From positions 3,084-67,083 of the forward strand of contig JAUYJT010000052.1 in NCBI GenBank assembly GCA_030700225.1: 64,000 bases of DNA, in the 5' to 3' direction. Made by a program: the position numbers and the translations under genes. Each line of letters starts with the position of its first letter. Within the stretch, counting starts at the first letter, position 1. The notes under the pieces are model-generated. The model did not search any database, had not been told where the DNA came from, and saw only the letters and a list, made by a program, of their open reading frames with translations. Source of the stretch: Candidatus Nanopelagicales bacterium. Its GTDB lineage: Bacteria; Actinomycetota; Actinomycetes; S36-B12; GCA-2699445. Below are positions 19,068 through 28,593 of the stretch, one piece after another.

Positions 19068-20176
19068 AGCACGTCCTGATGCTCCACGACACCGGGCAGC
19101 GCGTCGATCTGGAGACGCTCGCCGTCGAACTCGACGGTCCCGCTGAAATGTCCGCTTGGCTGGATGAACTGGCTGCGCAGGATGCCCAGGTTCAGAGCCT
19201 CGGCGTGCACGGTGGCTGGCTGGAACACCAGATCGACGCTGCCGTCCAGTGTTCTGACCGTCCAGGGATGATCCGGTCGCGCCGGGTCGAATTCGATCCG
19301 GGCCGCCGGGTCCAGTGCCCGTAGCTGGCCGTCAAGCCAGATCCCGTTCTCTAGCGCGTTGTCACCGATTCCGGTGAACCCGCTGACCAGATTCAGCCCG
19401 ATCGTGCGACCCTCGTCGCTACGGCCCGTAGTGAAGGCCCAGCGCCAGTTTGTGTGCCGGGGGAGGTAGCCGTTCGTGTAGTCGTAGCCGCCGAGCCCTC
19501 CCGTCAAGGGCAGGGTCGTGGTTCTACCGTCCGCGCGGATGGTGAGTTGCCCGGTGGTTGGCAGGGCGGCGTTCTTCACCGTGGTCGATACCAGCGGCCT
19601 GCCGTCATTGATCTCGGACACCGCGGTCAGTCCCGGGTGAACGTCTGTGCTTAGCCGCAGATCAAGTTCAACCCACGGCTCGCTCGCCATTGGCACGAAC
19701 GGGAATCTGTGGATCGTCGCCGTCACCGTTAGCTCATGCTTGTCGCCGGATATCGCCATGCTCGTTCCGGGCATCGTGTAGCGCGAGCGATGCCCGGCTA
19801 TCGGCCGGTCGTTGACTGAAACCATGGGACGCATACCGCCGGGCCGACTCGTGTCGGCGAGGACCTCGCCGGTTGCCCGGTCCGTGGCCATGAGGAAAGC
19901 CGTGCCGGTGGGTCCCGCGTCGACGATCGCGGCGATCAGGACCACTTCGTCGGTCGCGGCGAATACGTACATCCACTTCTTGTGGCGCAGGAATCGACCG
20001 ACCGGGTTCCTGGAATGACGACCAGTCAGCCCCGAGAAGTCGGTCGCTTCCGGAGCTCCGGTGAACATGCCGAAATTCGGCTTGCCTTCGGCGTCGAGGA
20101 CCGAGTTGGGAGAGGCGGGGATGGCGTCAGGCTGCTGCTTCCCGCGAGTCTGGGTCACACGACCAAAGTAGCCCAC
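19061..20176 (-). CDS. hypothetical protein (possibly DUF2804-like)
   Basis: 371-aa ORF overlapping the downstream DHOD-like gene by 7 bp. The domain call is from memory only. Confidence 0.7.
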   Translation of the reverse strand: MGYFGRVTQTRGKQQPDAIPASPNSVLDAEGKPNFGMFTGAPEATDFSGLTGRHSRNPVGRFLRHKKWMYVFAATDEVVLIAAIVDAGPTGTAFLMATDRATGEVLADTSRPGGMRPMVSVNDRPIAGHRSRYTMPGTSMAISGDKHELTVTATIHRFPFVPMASEPWVELDLRLSTDVHPGLTAVSEINDGRPLVSTTVKNAALPTTGQLTIRADGRTTTLPLTGGLGGYDYTNGYLPRHTNWRWAFTTGRSDEGRTIGLNLVSGFTGIGDNALENGIWLDGQLRALDPAARIEFDPARPDHPWTVRTLDGSVDLVFQPATVHAEALNLGILRSQFIQPSGHFSGTVEFDGERLQIDALPGVVEHQDVLW

Positions 20177-20195
20177 GAGCCTTGGAACCGTCTGA

Positions 20196-21710
20196 TCAGA
20201 TCAGTTCCTTTGCGAGGTCGGGGTCCACTTCGGTCTTCCAGGAGGGCTTGCGGAAGATCCAGAACACGAACGGCATCGCTACGAAGGCGGCCGTGCCAAA
20301 GAACAGAACCGCGATGTACAGGCCAGCTGGCATCCCCTCAGCCTCCGCGCTCGGGGAGAACGAGATAAGGAGCCCAAGAACACACACCAGGATGCCTATG
20401 ATGGCGACCGCCCAAAGTCCGACTTTCTTGCCGGGGATTGTGTACGGGCGCTCGACGTCCGGGTGGGTGTACCGAAGCTTGACTACCGCGGCCATCATCA
20501 AGATGTACATGATCAACGTCATGTTGGTCTGGATCAGCGCGAACATGAACCACGCGTTCTGCACAGTCCCGAGGAACGCGTATCCCAGGGACAGTACCGA
20601 ACTTATCGACGCCTGCGCGATGATTATCGCTACGGGCATCTTGGATGCGTTCATCTTCTGGAGCAGTGGCGGCAGGTTCCCGCCCTGACGCCCGGCGACC
20701 ATCAGGCCGCGCGATGGGCCGTTGATGATCTGGACCAGGGCCGCGATGAGACCAGTGACCACCATGAATGCGAACACCGGAGCCAGCCAGCCGAAGTTGA
20801 ACTGGTTGAAGATCACGCTGGCGGATTCAACGAGACCGACAACAATGTCTATTTTGTCCGACGGGATGATAATGGCGATGGCGAGCGTCAGAGGCGCGAA
20901 CAGAATGAAACACAGAGCGACGGCGATCAGGTTCGCCCTCGGTATCGTCTTGGCGGGATCGCGCACGTCGCTACCGTGAATCGCCGCGATCTCGATGCCC
21001 GAGAACATCAGCAGGGCACCGGATATGAAGGCGATGTTGCTCCACTGGATGTCTGGGATCAGAGCCGCTGGGCTTACTTCCATCGCCGGTGCGTTGCCTT
21101 GCGCTAGGAACGCTGCCGCGAACACAACCAACAGGACTGCCGGGATCACCGTCCCGGCTATGACTGAGTACCACGCGAAGGCGCTGGCGACCCTCAAGCC
21201 GCGCAGCGCCATCGCGGCGGCGAGCCAGGTGACCATGATGATGACGAGGATCAAGAGGATGGGCCGACCAGGGTGGTCCGGGTTGGTCAGCTCCGGGTTG
21301 ATGGCGAACGCGGTCTGCAGCGTGATCGTGCCCATGATCCCAGGCCATGCCACCACGAAGTTGGCCCACTCCAGCCAGATGATCATGAATCCGGCGCCTT
21401 CGCCGAACGCGAGCCTGGTCCACACGTAGATACCGCCGGTTCTCGGCCAACCGGCGCCCATCTCGGCTGATGCCATGGCAGTGGGCCCAAGGAACAAGAC
21501 AATGGCCGCTACGAAGAGCAGGATCGCCCCGAGGCCGAACTTGGCCAGTTGGGGCGTCGTGTTCACGTTGGCGAGGAAGGCGAACGTGAAGATTCCCAGA
21601 CCTACGACACCAAATACCTTGGCGGGTTTGGGTGCGCCCGGACGAGGCTTGTCGGCTTCGGAATCGCCTAGCTCGGTCGCGTCGTCAGCCATCTCGCCTT
21701 CGCGCGTCAT
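20196..21710 (-). CDS. APC-superfamily amino acid permease
   Basis: About 12 transmembrane helices with APC-type N-terminal segments (GLGAILLFVAAIV..., GGIYVWT). Confidence 0.9.
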   Translation of the reverse strand: MTREGEMADDATELGDSEADKPRPGAPKPAKVFGVVGLGIFTFAFLANVNTTPQLAKFGLGAILLFVAAIVLFLGPTAMASAEMGAGWPRTGGIYVWTRLAFGEGAGFMIIWLEWANFVVAWPGIMGTITLQTAFAINPELTNPDHPGRPILLILVIIMVTWLAAAMALRGLRVASAFAWYSVIAGTVIPAVLLVVFAAAFLAQGNAPAMEVSPAALIPDIQWSNIAFISGALLMFSGIEIAAIHGSDVRDPAKTIPRANLIAVALCFILFAPLTLAIAIIIPSDKIDIVVGLVESASVIFNQFNFGWLAPVFAFMVVTGLIAALVQIINGPSRGLMVAGRQGGNLPPLLQKMNASKMPVAIIIAQASISSVLSLGYAFLGTVQNAWFMFALIQTNMTLIMYILMMAAVVKLRYTHPDVERPYTIPGKKVGLWAVAIIGILVCVLGLLISFSPSAEAEGMPAGLYIAVLFFGTAAFVAMPFVFWIFRKPSWKTEVDPDLAKELI

Positions 21711-21783
21711 TGCAACACCCTAGGGCCTAGTGAGACGATCTTGACGCTTTTCATACACTGGGCGCGGACATTGGAGGTCAGCT

Positions 21784-22332
21784 ATGAGACTCGATCGTCC
21801 TGAAGCCCCCCACCCGCACGACGCGTTGCCGGTCGTTCCATCGTTCAGTGTCGAGAGCGACTCACTGGAGCATGGCGAGCCACAGGGCCTCGCGCATGCC
21901 CATGAAGGCGCCGGTGGACAAAACGTCTCGCCGCACCTGAGATGGTGGGGATTCCCGGCCGAGACGCGCTCCTTCGCGGTAACCTGCTTCGATCCGGACG
22001 CCCCAACCGGGTCGGGTTGGTGGCACTGGCTCGTGATCGACATTCCCGCGACGGTGACCGAATTGGAGCCAGGAGCGGGGGATCCGGACAAGGATGCGCT
22101 GCCCCCGGGTGCGGTACAGATCCGAAACGACTACGGCGAGCCTAGTTACGGTGGGTCCTCTCCGCCGCCTGGAGACCGGCCGCACCGGTACGTCTACACG
22201 GTTCACGCTCTGGATGTGCCCAAGCTGGGTATTGGCCCTGACGTCACCGCTGCGATCTGTGGGTTCAATCTGACGGCGCACACGCTCGCTCGAGCCAGTG
22301 TGACTACGACGTTTCAGGTGAAGTCGATCTGA
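21784..22332 (+). CDS. YbhB/YbcL (PEBP) family protein
   Basis: PEBP motifs CFDPDAPTGSGWWHWLVIDIPA and HRYVYTVHALD. Confidence 0.9.
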   Translation: MRLDRPEAPHPHDALPVVPSFSVESDSLEHGEPQGLAHAHEGAGGQNVSPHLRWWGFPAETRSFAVTCFDPDAPTGSGWWHWLVIDIPATVTELEPGAGDPDKDALPPGAVQIRNDYGEPSYGGSSPPPGDRPHRYVYTVHALDVPKLGIGPDVTAAICGFNLTAHTLARASVTTTFQVKSI

Positions 22333-22403
22333 AATTGGACCACCGTGCGTTTGCCCCGGCACTCTTGCGTCCGTACCGTTGTTATTGACTGAAAGGGGTA
22401 GCA

Positions 22404-22853
22404 ATGTCCGTTTTCCGTACGCGTCTGGTCATCTTGCTAGCTTCACTCGCCGTTCTAGGCTCCGCTCTGGTGGCGGGGACGTCCGCTGGGGCTGCCAGCC
22501 CGCCAACCACGGCTCAGCAACCTGATAGGTCCGTTTCGACCTACCGCAACAACTTTGGTGCGATCTCGCTGGCGTTCAAGGGTGGCGCGGTCGGATGGTC
22601 CTACGACTACTCGACGCGCAAGAAGGCCGTGAAGCGGGCGCATCGGCAGTGCAGGTCTCGTTCAAGTACGAAGTGCACAAAGATCGCTTGGGTCCGTAAC
22701 GGATGCCTGGCGGTGGCGGTTCGCTGGAGTGGAAGCAACGTCACTTACTACGGCTGGGCCGTTCGTGGCAGCAAGAAGAAGGCCTACAGGGCGGCTAAGA
22801 GAGAGTGCGGCGGTAAGTGTGTCCGCCGCGCCTTCACGTGCACCACGCGCTAG
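22404..22853 (+). CDS. secreted DUF4189-like Cys-rich protein
   Basis: Signal peptide, then GAISLAF..GAVGWSYDYSTRKKAVKRAHRQC...C..GC.A.A and a repeated second half. Confidence 0.75.
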   Translation: MSVFRTRLVILLASLAVLGSALVAGTSAGAASPPTTAQQPDRSVSTYRNNFGAISLAFKGGAVGWSYDYSTRKKAVKRAHRQCRSRSSTKCTKIAWVRNGCLAVAVRWSGSNVTYYGWAVRGSKKKAYRAAKRECGGKCVRRAFTCTTR

Positions 22854-22963
22854 ATAGTTCCTGGGTGTCGAGCCGTCCAGACGGTGGTCGATCTCGGGAT
22901 TCTGCGGATCGCCGATAAGTTACATTATGTAAAGTCGGGCGTGGATCGTTCAGCCCAACAGGT

Positions 22964-23917
22964 CTAGCGGTATCCCCCGGCCTTTCCGCGTTTGTTGTAA
23001 CCCGGCCCGAGTCCATACTTGCCCCGCTTCTTCCAGGGCACCTTCGCCATGCGGAGAAGACCCCGCTTCTTCCCCATGAACACATTCAGATCGGAGATGC
23101 GATTCGCGCTGCCGTCCTGGGCGATGCCAACGCTGCCGCCGCCTTGGACGCGTCCGACACTGCTGAACTGCCAGAACTTCGCCTCGCGCATGCCAGGCTG
23201 AGGCGTCGGCGTCGAGTGGCCGCGCGTCCATTGCGCTTGCCAGAACGGGTACTTGCCGAGTCCGGCGTCCGGCTGTAACCGCGTGTTGATGAAGTAGTTG
23301 TAGCTGTAGATGATTGGCTTGCGGTGCGTGAGCCGATGGGCGGTTGAAAGCCAAGTGAGCGCCCAGCTCGTCAGCTGTTCCTTGCTCAGAGACCAGGGCG
23401 CGAGCTCTAGGTCCAGCACCAGCGGCAGATCTCCTCGCCGCAGCCGCCCGACCCGGGCGGCGGCAGCGGTGGCCTGTTCGATCGCGTCGGTTTCAAGGTT
23501 GGCGACCTTCTTCGTGGGAACGGCGTACTGGTACCCGCCGACCAAGATCCCTTGCGCCTTCGCGGCGGCCCTGTCCACCGACCACCAGTGGGCAAGGTCT
23601 TGATCGGCATCGACAGACGGTCGTCCGTCGGAAGCCTTCATGAAGATGAACCGCACGCCCGCGCGCTTCAGCTTCTTGATGTTGAGCGGATATGGGCCGA
23701 GATGGTTCCAGTAGGAGATGTCGACGCCGCGGATCATCTTGTATTTGCCGCGGATGACGCGCTTGAAGCCCTGCTGATTCCAGCGTGTGGCTTCTGTTGA
23801 GTCCGACGCGACGGGGCGCGTTTCCGGGGATGTGTCGGGCACGCCAGCGTACAGAGCCGAGCCGAGCAGCCCTGCCGCAGTTATCAACGCGACAGCGCTA
23901 GCAGTTGGCTTGGACAT
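22964..23917 (-). CDS. secreted GH25 muramidase (lysozyme) with a basic C-terminal tail
   Basis: Signal peptide. GH25 motifs GVDISYWN, FIFMKASDG, LVLDLE, WQFSS..DLNVF. The last ~35 aa are rich in K/R/G. Confidence 0.85.
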   Translation of the reverse strand: MSKPTASAVALITAAGLLGSALYAGVPDTSPETRPVASDSTEATRWNQQGFKRVIRGKYKMIRGVDISYWNHLGPYPLNIKKLKRAGVRFIFMKASDGRPSVDADQDLAHWWSVDRAAAKAQGILVGGYQYAVPTKKVANLETDAIEQATAAAARVGRLRRGDLPLVLDLELAPWSLSKEQLTSWALTWLSTAHRLTHRKPIIYSYNYFINTRLQPDAGLGKYPFWQAQWTRGHSTPTPQPGMREAKFWQFSSVGRVQGGGSVGIAQDGSANRISDLNVFMGKKRGLLRMAKVPWKKRGKYGLGPGYNKRGKAGGYR

Positions 23918-24105
23918 TCAAACCTCCAGATGCTTGGCTGACACGTTCGATGCTAACTCGGGGTTGCGGGGCGAGCTGACAATGCGCCCCGGCGCGGCGC
24001 ACTGGGACGGGAATGCTGCTGCAGACGGGTGCTACTCCCCCGCTCGGGTTGGATCGGTCGCCCACCGAGCCCATACTGAGGCAAGACTCCAGGGCGAGGC
24101 GGAAG

Positions 24106-25065
24106 ATGGCTGACATCAGGCGGTCCGCGGTGGCTATGTTGACGGGCGCGCTGATCCTTTCGCTCGGCGTGGCTGCTCCGGGCGTGGCGCTCGCGGACGA
24201 GGGAATCACCGTCCGATGGACCGTCGTCTCCGATTCTGGCGCGGAGTTCACGGTGTCTGGAGATGTCCGGAATGGGACATCTGCGGCAATTGTCGATCCG
24301 GCAGTGGTGATCCCGTTCGCGCATACGGTTTCCCAGGTGACAGGGATGCTGAGCGTTCAGGACGGTTCATCTCTAACGCTTCAGGCCACTCCCGGTACTG
24401 CTCTTCAGCCTGGAGAGGGCATCGGGTTCACGTTGTCGGTCGCTAGCGGCGCACCGGTGAGCCGGGTGCCGAGCACATGCTCGTCCGAGGACGTGGAATG
24501 CGAACTAGTCATCATCGAAGCGACGCCGGACGCAGAGGAGTCTGGGTCAGAGGAAGGCCCAACCGAGCCACCCAGTGAAGAGCCGCAAGAGCCGATACCT
24601 GGCACTGATGACGATGATCCCCCGGCCGACGAGCAGCCTGAACCGCTCCCAAGCGAGGACGACGCGCCGCCTGGCCCGAGCGAGGCGTCTGTGCCCGAAG
24701 GTCCTTCCACAGAATCCGGCCAGAATCACGCGGCTCACTTGCGAGTGACGGTTGAGAGATCCAGTGACTGGGGCGCCGGTCAGGTCGCTGCCGTGACTGT
24801 ACGCAACGAGGGGCCATCGCCGATTCGCGAGTGGGCTGTTGAGTTCGACTGGCGGGTCCAAGTCGTGCAGATGTGGAACGCGGCCTCAACGTCAGGCGGC
24901 GGCGTCGTTCGATCCTCAAGCATGTCGTGGAACGGTTCGCTGGCGCCGGGCGAGGCCGCGCAAGTCGGGTTGATCGCGTCGCCGGGGGGCGTCGCACCAG
25001 TCGGGGATTCTTGCAGTGCAACCAGCGACGCCGGTCGCACAACTTGCACTCTGGTGTTGGACTGA
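24106..25065 (+). CDS. secreted protein with two CBM2-like modules and an acidic Pro/Glu linker
   Basis: Signal peptide from ATG 24106 (the ORF opens at 24013). C-terminal module W..G..V.VRN.G...W.V.F.....Q.WNA....G......WNG.L.PG....G is CBM2-like. No catalytic domain. Confidence 0.75.
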   Translation: MADIRRSAVAMLTGALILSLGVAAPGVALADEGITVRWTVVSDSGAEFTVSGDVRNGTSAAIVDPAVVIPFAHTVSQVTGMLSVQDGSSLTLQATPGTALQPGEGIGFTLSVASGAPVSRVPSTCSSEDVECELVIIEATPDAEESGSEEGPTEPPSEEPQEPIPGTDDDDPPADEQPEPLPSEDDAPPGPSEASVPEGPSTESGQNHAAHLRVTVERSSDWGAGQVAAVTVRNEGPSPIREWAVEFDWRVQVVQMWNAASTSGGGVVRSSSMSWNGSLAPGEAAQVGLIASPGGVAPVGDSCSATSDAGRTTCTLVLD

Positions 25066-25104
25066 CAGAGCTGACTGGGCTGGAGCCCGACCCGGCCCAT
25101 CGCG

Positions 25105-25188
25105 GAAACGGCCGCTCCGCACAAAGGCGAATGTTTGGGTACAGACGCGCCCGTTGCAACGGTCGTTTCTGTAGTTAGCGGCCGCTTC
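25105..25188. repeat. structured intergenic element, copy B
   Basis: Core 25134-25162 is identical to 13619-13647. Arms GAAACGGCCGCT (25105-25116) and AGCGGCCGCTTC (25177-25188) are inverted complements. Confidence 0.8.
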
Positions 25189-25215
25189 TGGCGGTAGGGG
25201 GGCGGGACGTGAAGC

Positions 25216-25680
25216 TCAGGCGGGGTGGGCCTTGGGTCGGATCGGTTTGAGCGTCCAGACCACAGTCATCTCGCCGGTTCGTGTGCCGTCTTCCGCCGCG
25301 ATGTCGATGTCGACACGAAACTCGGGTCGCTTCCCCTCCGCGAGTTCGGCCAGGACATCCTCGGCGTCCCGGGACATTCGGGCGGTCGCCGTCACTGGGC
25401 CGAGTGCAAGCTTCAGATACCGGATTCGCGCTTCCACAGCGAGCGGAACCACCTCCCCGAGGTGCTCACCGAAGTTCGCCAGAACCAGCGCCCCCGAAGC
25501 CGACTCCCCCAGAGTGAACATCGCGCCCGCGTGTGGACCGCCGACGTGGTTGCGATAGGCCGAGTTGTCCGGCATCCGCATCACCGCTGTCGTAGGCGTC
25601 AGGTCCACGAACTCCAATCCCAGCGTCGCGACCATGGGCACTTGGGCAGGAAGGCCTGCTTTGACTGCTTCGAGATCCAT
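25216..25680 (-). CDS. hotdog-fold (PaaI-type) thioesterase
   Basis: The N-terminal substrate-lid and core pattern LGLEFVDL...NHVGGPHAGAMFTLGESA is typical of PaaI/YiiD-like proteins. Confidence 0.8.
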   Translation of the reverse strand: MDLEAVKAGLPAQVPMVATLGLEFVDLTPTTAVMRMPDNSAYRNHVGGPHAGAMFTLGESASGALVLANFGEHLGEVVPLAVEARIRYLKLALGPVTATARMSRDAEDVLAELAEGKRPEFRVDIDIAAEDGTRTGEMTVVWTLKPIRPKAHPA

Positions 25681-25689
25681 GCCGAGACC

Positions 25690-28575
25690 CTAGTCCCGCA
25701 CCGGTGGAAGCGCGCACACGAGGTTCCTGTCGCCGAAAGCCTGGTTGATACGCGCGACAGGCGGCCAGTACTTGTCGTGTGATAACCCCTCAACTGGGAA
25801 GACAGCGACTTGCCGAGAGTACGGGCGATCCCACGTGCCCACAAGCGACGCGGCAGTGTGAGGGGCTCGGCGCAACGGCGATTCCTGGGCGGTCCACTCC
25901 CCCGCTTCGATCTGGTCGATCTCACGCCTGATCGACAGCATCGCGTCGCAGAAGCGATCCAGCTCGGCCAACGACTCGCTCTCAGTCGGTTCGATCATCA
26001 ACGTCCCAGAAACCGGGAACGACAACGTTGGCGCGTGGAACCCGTAGTCGATCAGCCGCTTCGCGATGTCCTCAGCGGTGATGCCAGTGGCACGAGTGAT
26101 CGGCCGCACGTCCACGATGCACTCGTGGGCGACAAGGCCTGATCGTCCGGTGAACAGAACCGGGTACTCCTTCGAGATCCGGCGGGCCACGTAGTTGGCG
26201 TTCAGGATGGCCGCCTCGGTGGCTCGGCGCAGCCCGTCGGCGCCCATCATCCTTATGTACGCCCACGGGATCGGCAGAATCCCGGCGCTCCCCCACGGCG
26301 CTCCGGAAACCGGTCCGATTCCCCCATCCGTGTACCCCCTGCCGACGGGCCCTGCTTCGGGGCGCACGGGGTGCGATGGAAGATAGGGGGCCAAGTGAGC
26401 CTTCACTCCGATCGGCCCTACGCCGGGCCCCCCTCCACCGTGCGGGATCGCGAAGGTCTTGTGGAGGTTGAGGTGACCGGCGTCGGCGCCGAGTGAGCCA
26501 GGCTTGGCGATTCCGACAAGAGCGTTGAGATTAGCGCCGTCCATGTACACCTGGCCGCCAGCTTCGTGCACAAGGTCGCACAAGGTCCTGATGTCGTCTT
26601 CGAAGACTCCATGGGTCGACGGATACGTGATCATCAGCGCGGCGATCCGGTTACCCGAGTCCTTCAGGTGGCGGCGCAGGTCGTCGGCGTCCACGTCGCC
26701 GCTGTCGCCGCAGGCCACCGTCTGAACCCGCAGCCCAGCCATCGCGGCGCTGGCCGCGTTCGTGCCATGGGCGCTGCTGGGAATCAAACAGATGTCCCGA
26801 TCAGCATCTCCCCGGTCCCGATGAAACGCCCGAATAGCCAAGAGCCCGGCGAACTCGCCCTGCGCACCCGCGTTCGGCTGCACCGACACCGCGTCGTATC
26901 CGCTGATTTCCGCCAGCCACGCCTCGAGCTGCGCGATCAGATCCCGGTAGCCGGTGACTTCATGCGAGGGCGCGAAGGGATGAATGTCCGCGAAACCTGG
27001 CCACGAGATCGGTTCCATCGCGGCAGCCGCGTTTAGCTTCATGGTGCACGAACCCAGCGGGATCATGCAGCGGTCAAGGGCTATGTCACGTTCAGCGAGG
27101 CGTCGCAGGTAGCGCGACATCTCAGTCTCGGAGGCGTAGTCGTGGAATACGCGTTGGGTCAGGTACGCGGACTCACGCCGCAACTCCAGCGGGATCGCCT
27201 CTGAGTCGTCAGTCTCCGGGTGTGGTACCGAGTCAGCCAAAGCTCGGCCGAACTCGGGCACAGCGGCTGCTATTCCGTGCCACACACCCATGACGTGATC
27301 CATCGTGGTGAGTTCATCGGATGTGACGCTGGCGGTGTCGCGGTCCATCACGCGAATGCCAATCCCAAGGCGCTGGATCTCGCGGGCGACTGCTTGGGCA
27401 CGGCCTGGGACACCGAACGCGACGGTGTCGAAGAAGTGTTCATGCAGCAGTTCGATGCCGCCTGCCCGCAGTCCCTGAGCGAGGGCGTAGGCGTGGGAGT
27501 GGGCACGTTCGGCGATGGCTCTGAGCCCGTCGGGTCCGTGGTAGACCGCGAATGAGCCGGCCATGACGGCCAGAAGTACCTGAGATGTGCAGATGTTGCT
27601 CGTGGCATTCTCGCGCCGGATGTGCTGCTCGCGGGTTTGTAGGGCCAGGCGCAACGCGGACCGGCCTTCCTCGTCGACGCTCACCCCGACGAGTCGTCCC
27701 GGTATTAGTCGCTCAAGACCGGCGCGCACACTCATGAATCCAGCGTGAGGACCACCGAATCCCATTGGGACGCCGAATCTCTGGGCGGAGCCCACGGCTA
27801 TGTCCACCCCAAGCTCCCCCGGCGGCCGCAGCAACGTCAGTGCCAGCAGGTCCGTAGCCATGCACACAGTCATCTTGGCGCTCTTGGCCGAGGCCACGAC
27901 TTCGGACACGTCGTTGATCAGTCCGCTGCTCGTGGGGTAGGAGATCAGCATCCCGAAGCCGCTGCCGATCCCATCGCGGCGCAGGTCGCGCACATCAAGC
28001 TGGATGCTCATGGGCTCGGCCCGCGTGCGCAGGACCGCGATTGTTTGCGGGTGAGTGTCGGCGTCGACAACGAATGTCGCGGAATCCGGACCTGTCACGC
28101 GACGCGCCAGTGCCATCGCTTCGGCAGCGGCGGTGGGCTCGTCGAGCAGAGATGCGTTGGAGATCGGCAGAGCCGTTAGCTCGGCGATCATCGTCTGGAA
28201 GTTCAGCATGGCTTCCAGGCGCCCTTGGGAGATTTCGGGCTGGTAGGGGGTGTATGAGGTGTACCACGCGGGGTTCCTTAGGACTCCCCGGCGGATGACC
28301 GCGGGTGTCTCGGTTCGGTGATAGCCGAGCCCGATAAGTGGAACCGTGACTTTGTTGCGAGACGCGAGTCCCCGCAGTTCGGCGAGGACGTCTGGTTCGC
28401 TGCACGCATCTGGGAGCCGTAGGCGCGTGTCGAGGATTCCCGGGGGGACCGCGGAGTTGAGCAGGTCCTCTACCGACCCAAATCCCATCAGATCGAGCAT
28501 CTTGCGGGCGTCAGCCGATGACGGCCCTATGTGCCGCTGCGAGAAGGCCCACCTTGTTGGACCTAAGTCATCCAC
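25690..28575 (-). CDS. gcvP: glycine dehydrogenase (aminomethyl-transferring), single-chain P protein
   Basis: 961 aa. FSQRHIGP N-terminus, and a PLP-lysine region [16 protein letters not shown]. Confidence 0.95.
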   Translation of the reverse strand: MDDLGPTRWAFSQRHIGPSSADARKMLDLMGFGSVEDLLNSAVPPGILDTRLRLPDACSEPDVLAELRGLASRNKVTVPLIGLGYHRTETPAVIRRGVLRNPAWYTSYTPYQPEISQGRLEAMLNFQTMIAELTALPISNASLLDEPTAAAEAMALARRVTGPDSATFVVDADTHPQTIAVLRTRAEPMSIQLDVRDLRRDGIGSGFGMLISYPTSSGLINDVSEVVASAKSAKMTVCMATDLLALTLLRPPGELGVDIAVGSAQRFGVPMGFGGPHAGFMSVRAGLERLIPGRLVGVSVDEEGRSALRLALQTREQHIRRENATSNICTSQVLLAVMAGSFAVYHGPDGLRAIAERAHSHAYALAQGLRAGGIELLHEHFFDTVAFGVPGRAQAVAREIQRLGIGIRVMDRDTASVTSDELTTMDHVMGVWHGIAAAVPEFGRALADSVPHPETDDSEAIPLELRRESAYLTQRVFHDYASETEMSRYLRRLAERDIALDRCMIPLGSCTMKLNAAAAMEPISWPGFADIHPFAPSHEVTGYRDLIAQLEAWLAEISGYDAVSVQPNAGAQGEFAGLLAIRAFHRDRGDADRDICLIPSSAHGTNAASAAMAGLRVQTVACGDSGDVDADDLRRHLKDSGNRIAALMITYPSTHGVFEDDIRTLCDLVHEAGGQVYMDGANLNALVGIAKPGSLGADAGHLNLHKTFAIPHGGGGPGVGPIGVKAHLAPYLPSHPVRPEAGPVGRGYTDGGIGPVSGAPWGSAGILPIPWAYIRMMGADGLRRATEAAILNANYVARRISKEYPVLFTGRSGLVAHECIVDVRPITRATGITAEDIAKRLIDYGFHAPTLSFPVSGTLMIEPTESESLAELDRFCDAMLSIRREIDQIEAGEWTAQESPLRRAPHTAASLVGTWDRPYSRQVAVFPVEGLSHDKYWPPVARINQAFGDRNLVCALPPVRD

Positions 28576-28593
28576 CAGGCCCCCAGACTCGCG

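Noticed and set aside
23918-24105. Possible cyclic-di-AMP (ydaO-type) riboswitch in the leader of the cell-wall hydrolase / CBM genes
   Set aside because: There are only scattered short resemblances (GCUAAC, ACGGG) and they are in the wrong order relative to either start codon. This cannot be supported without a covariance-model search.
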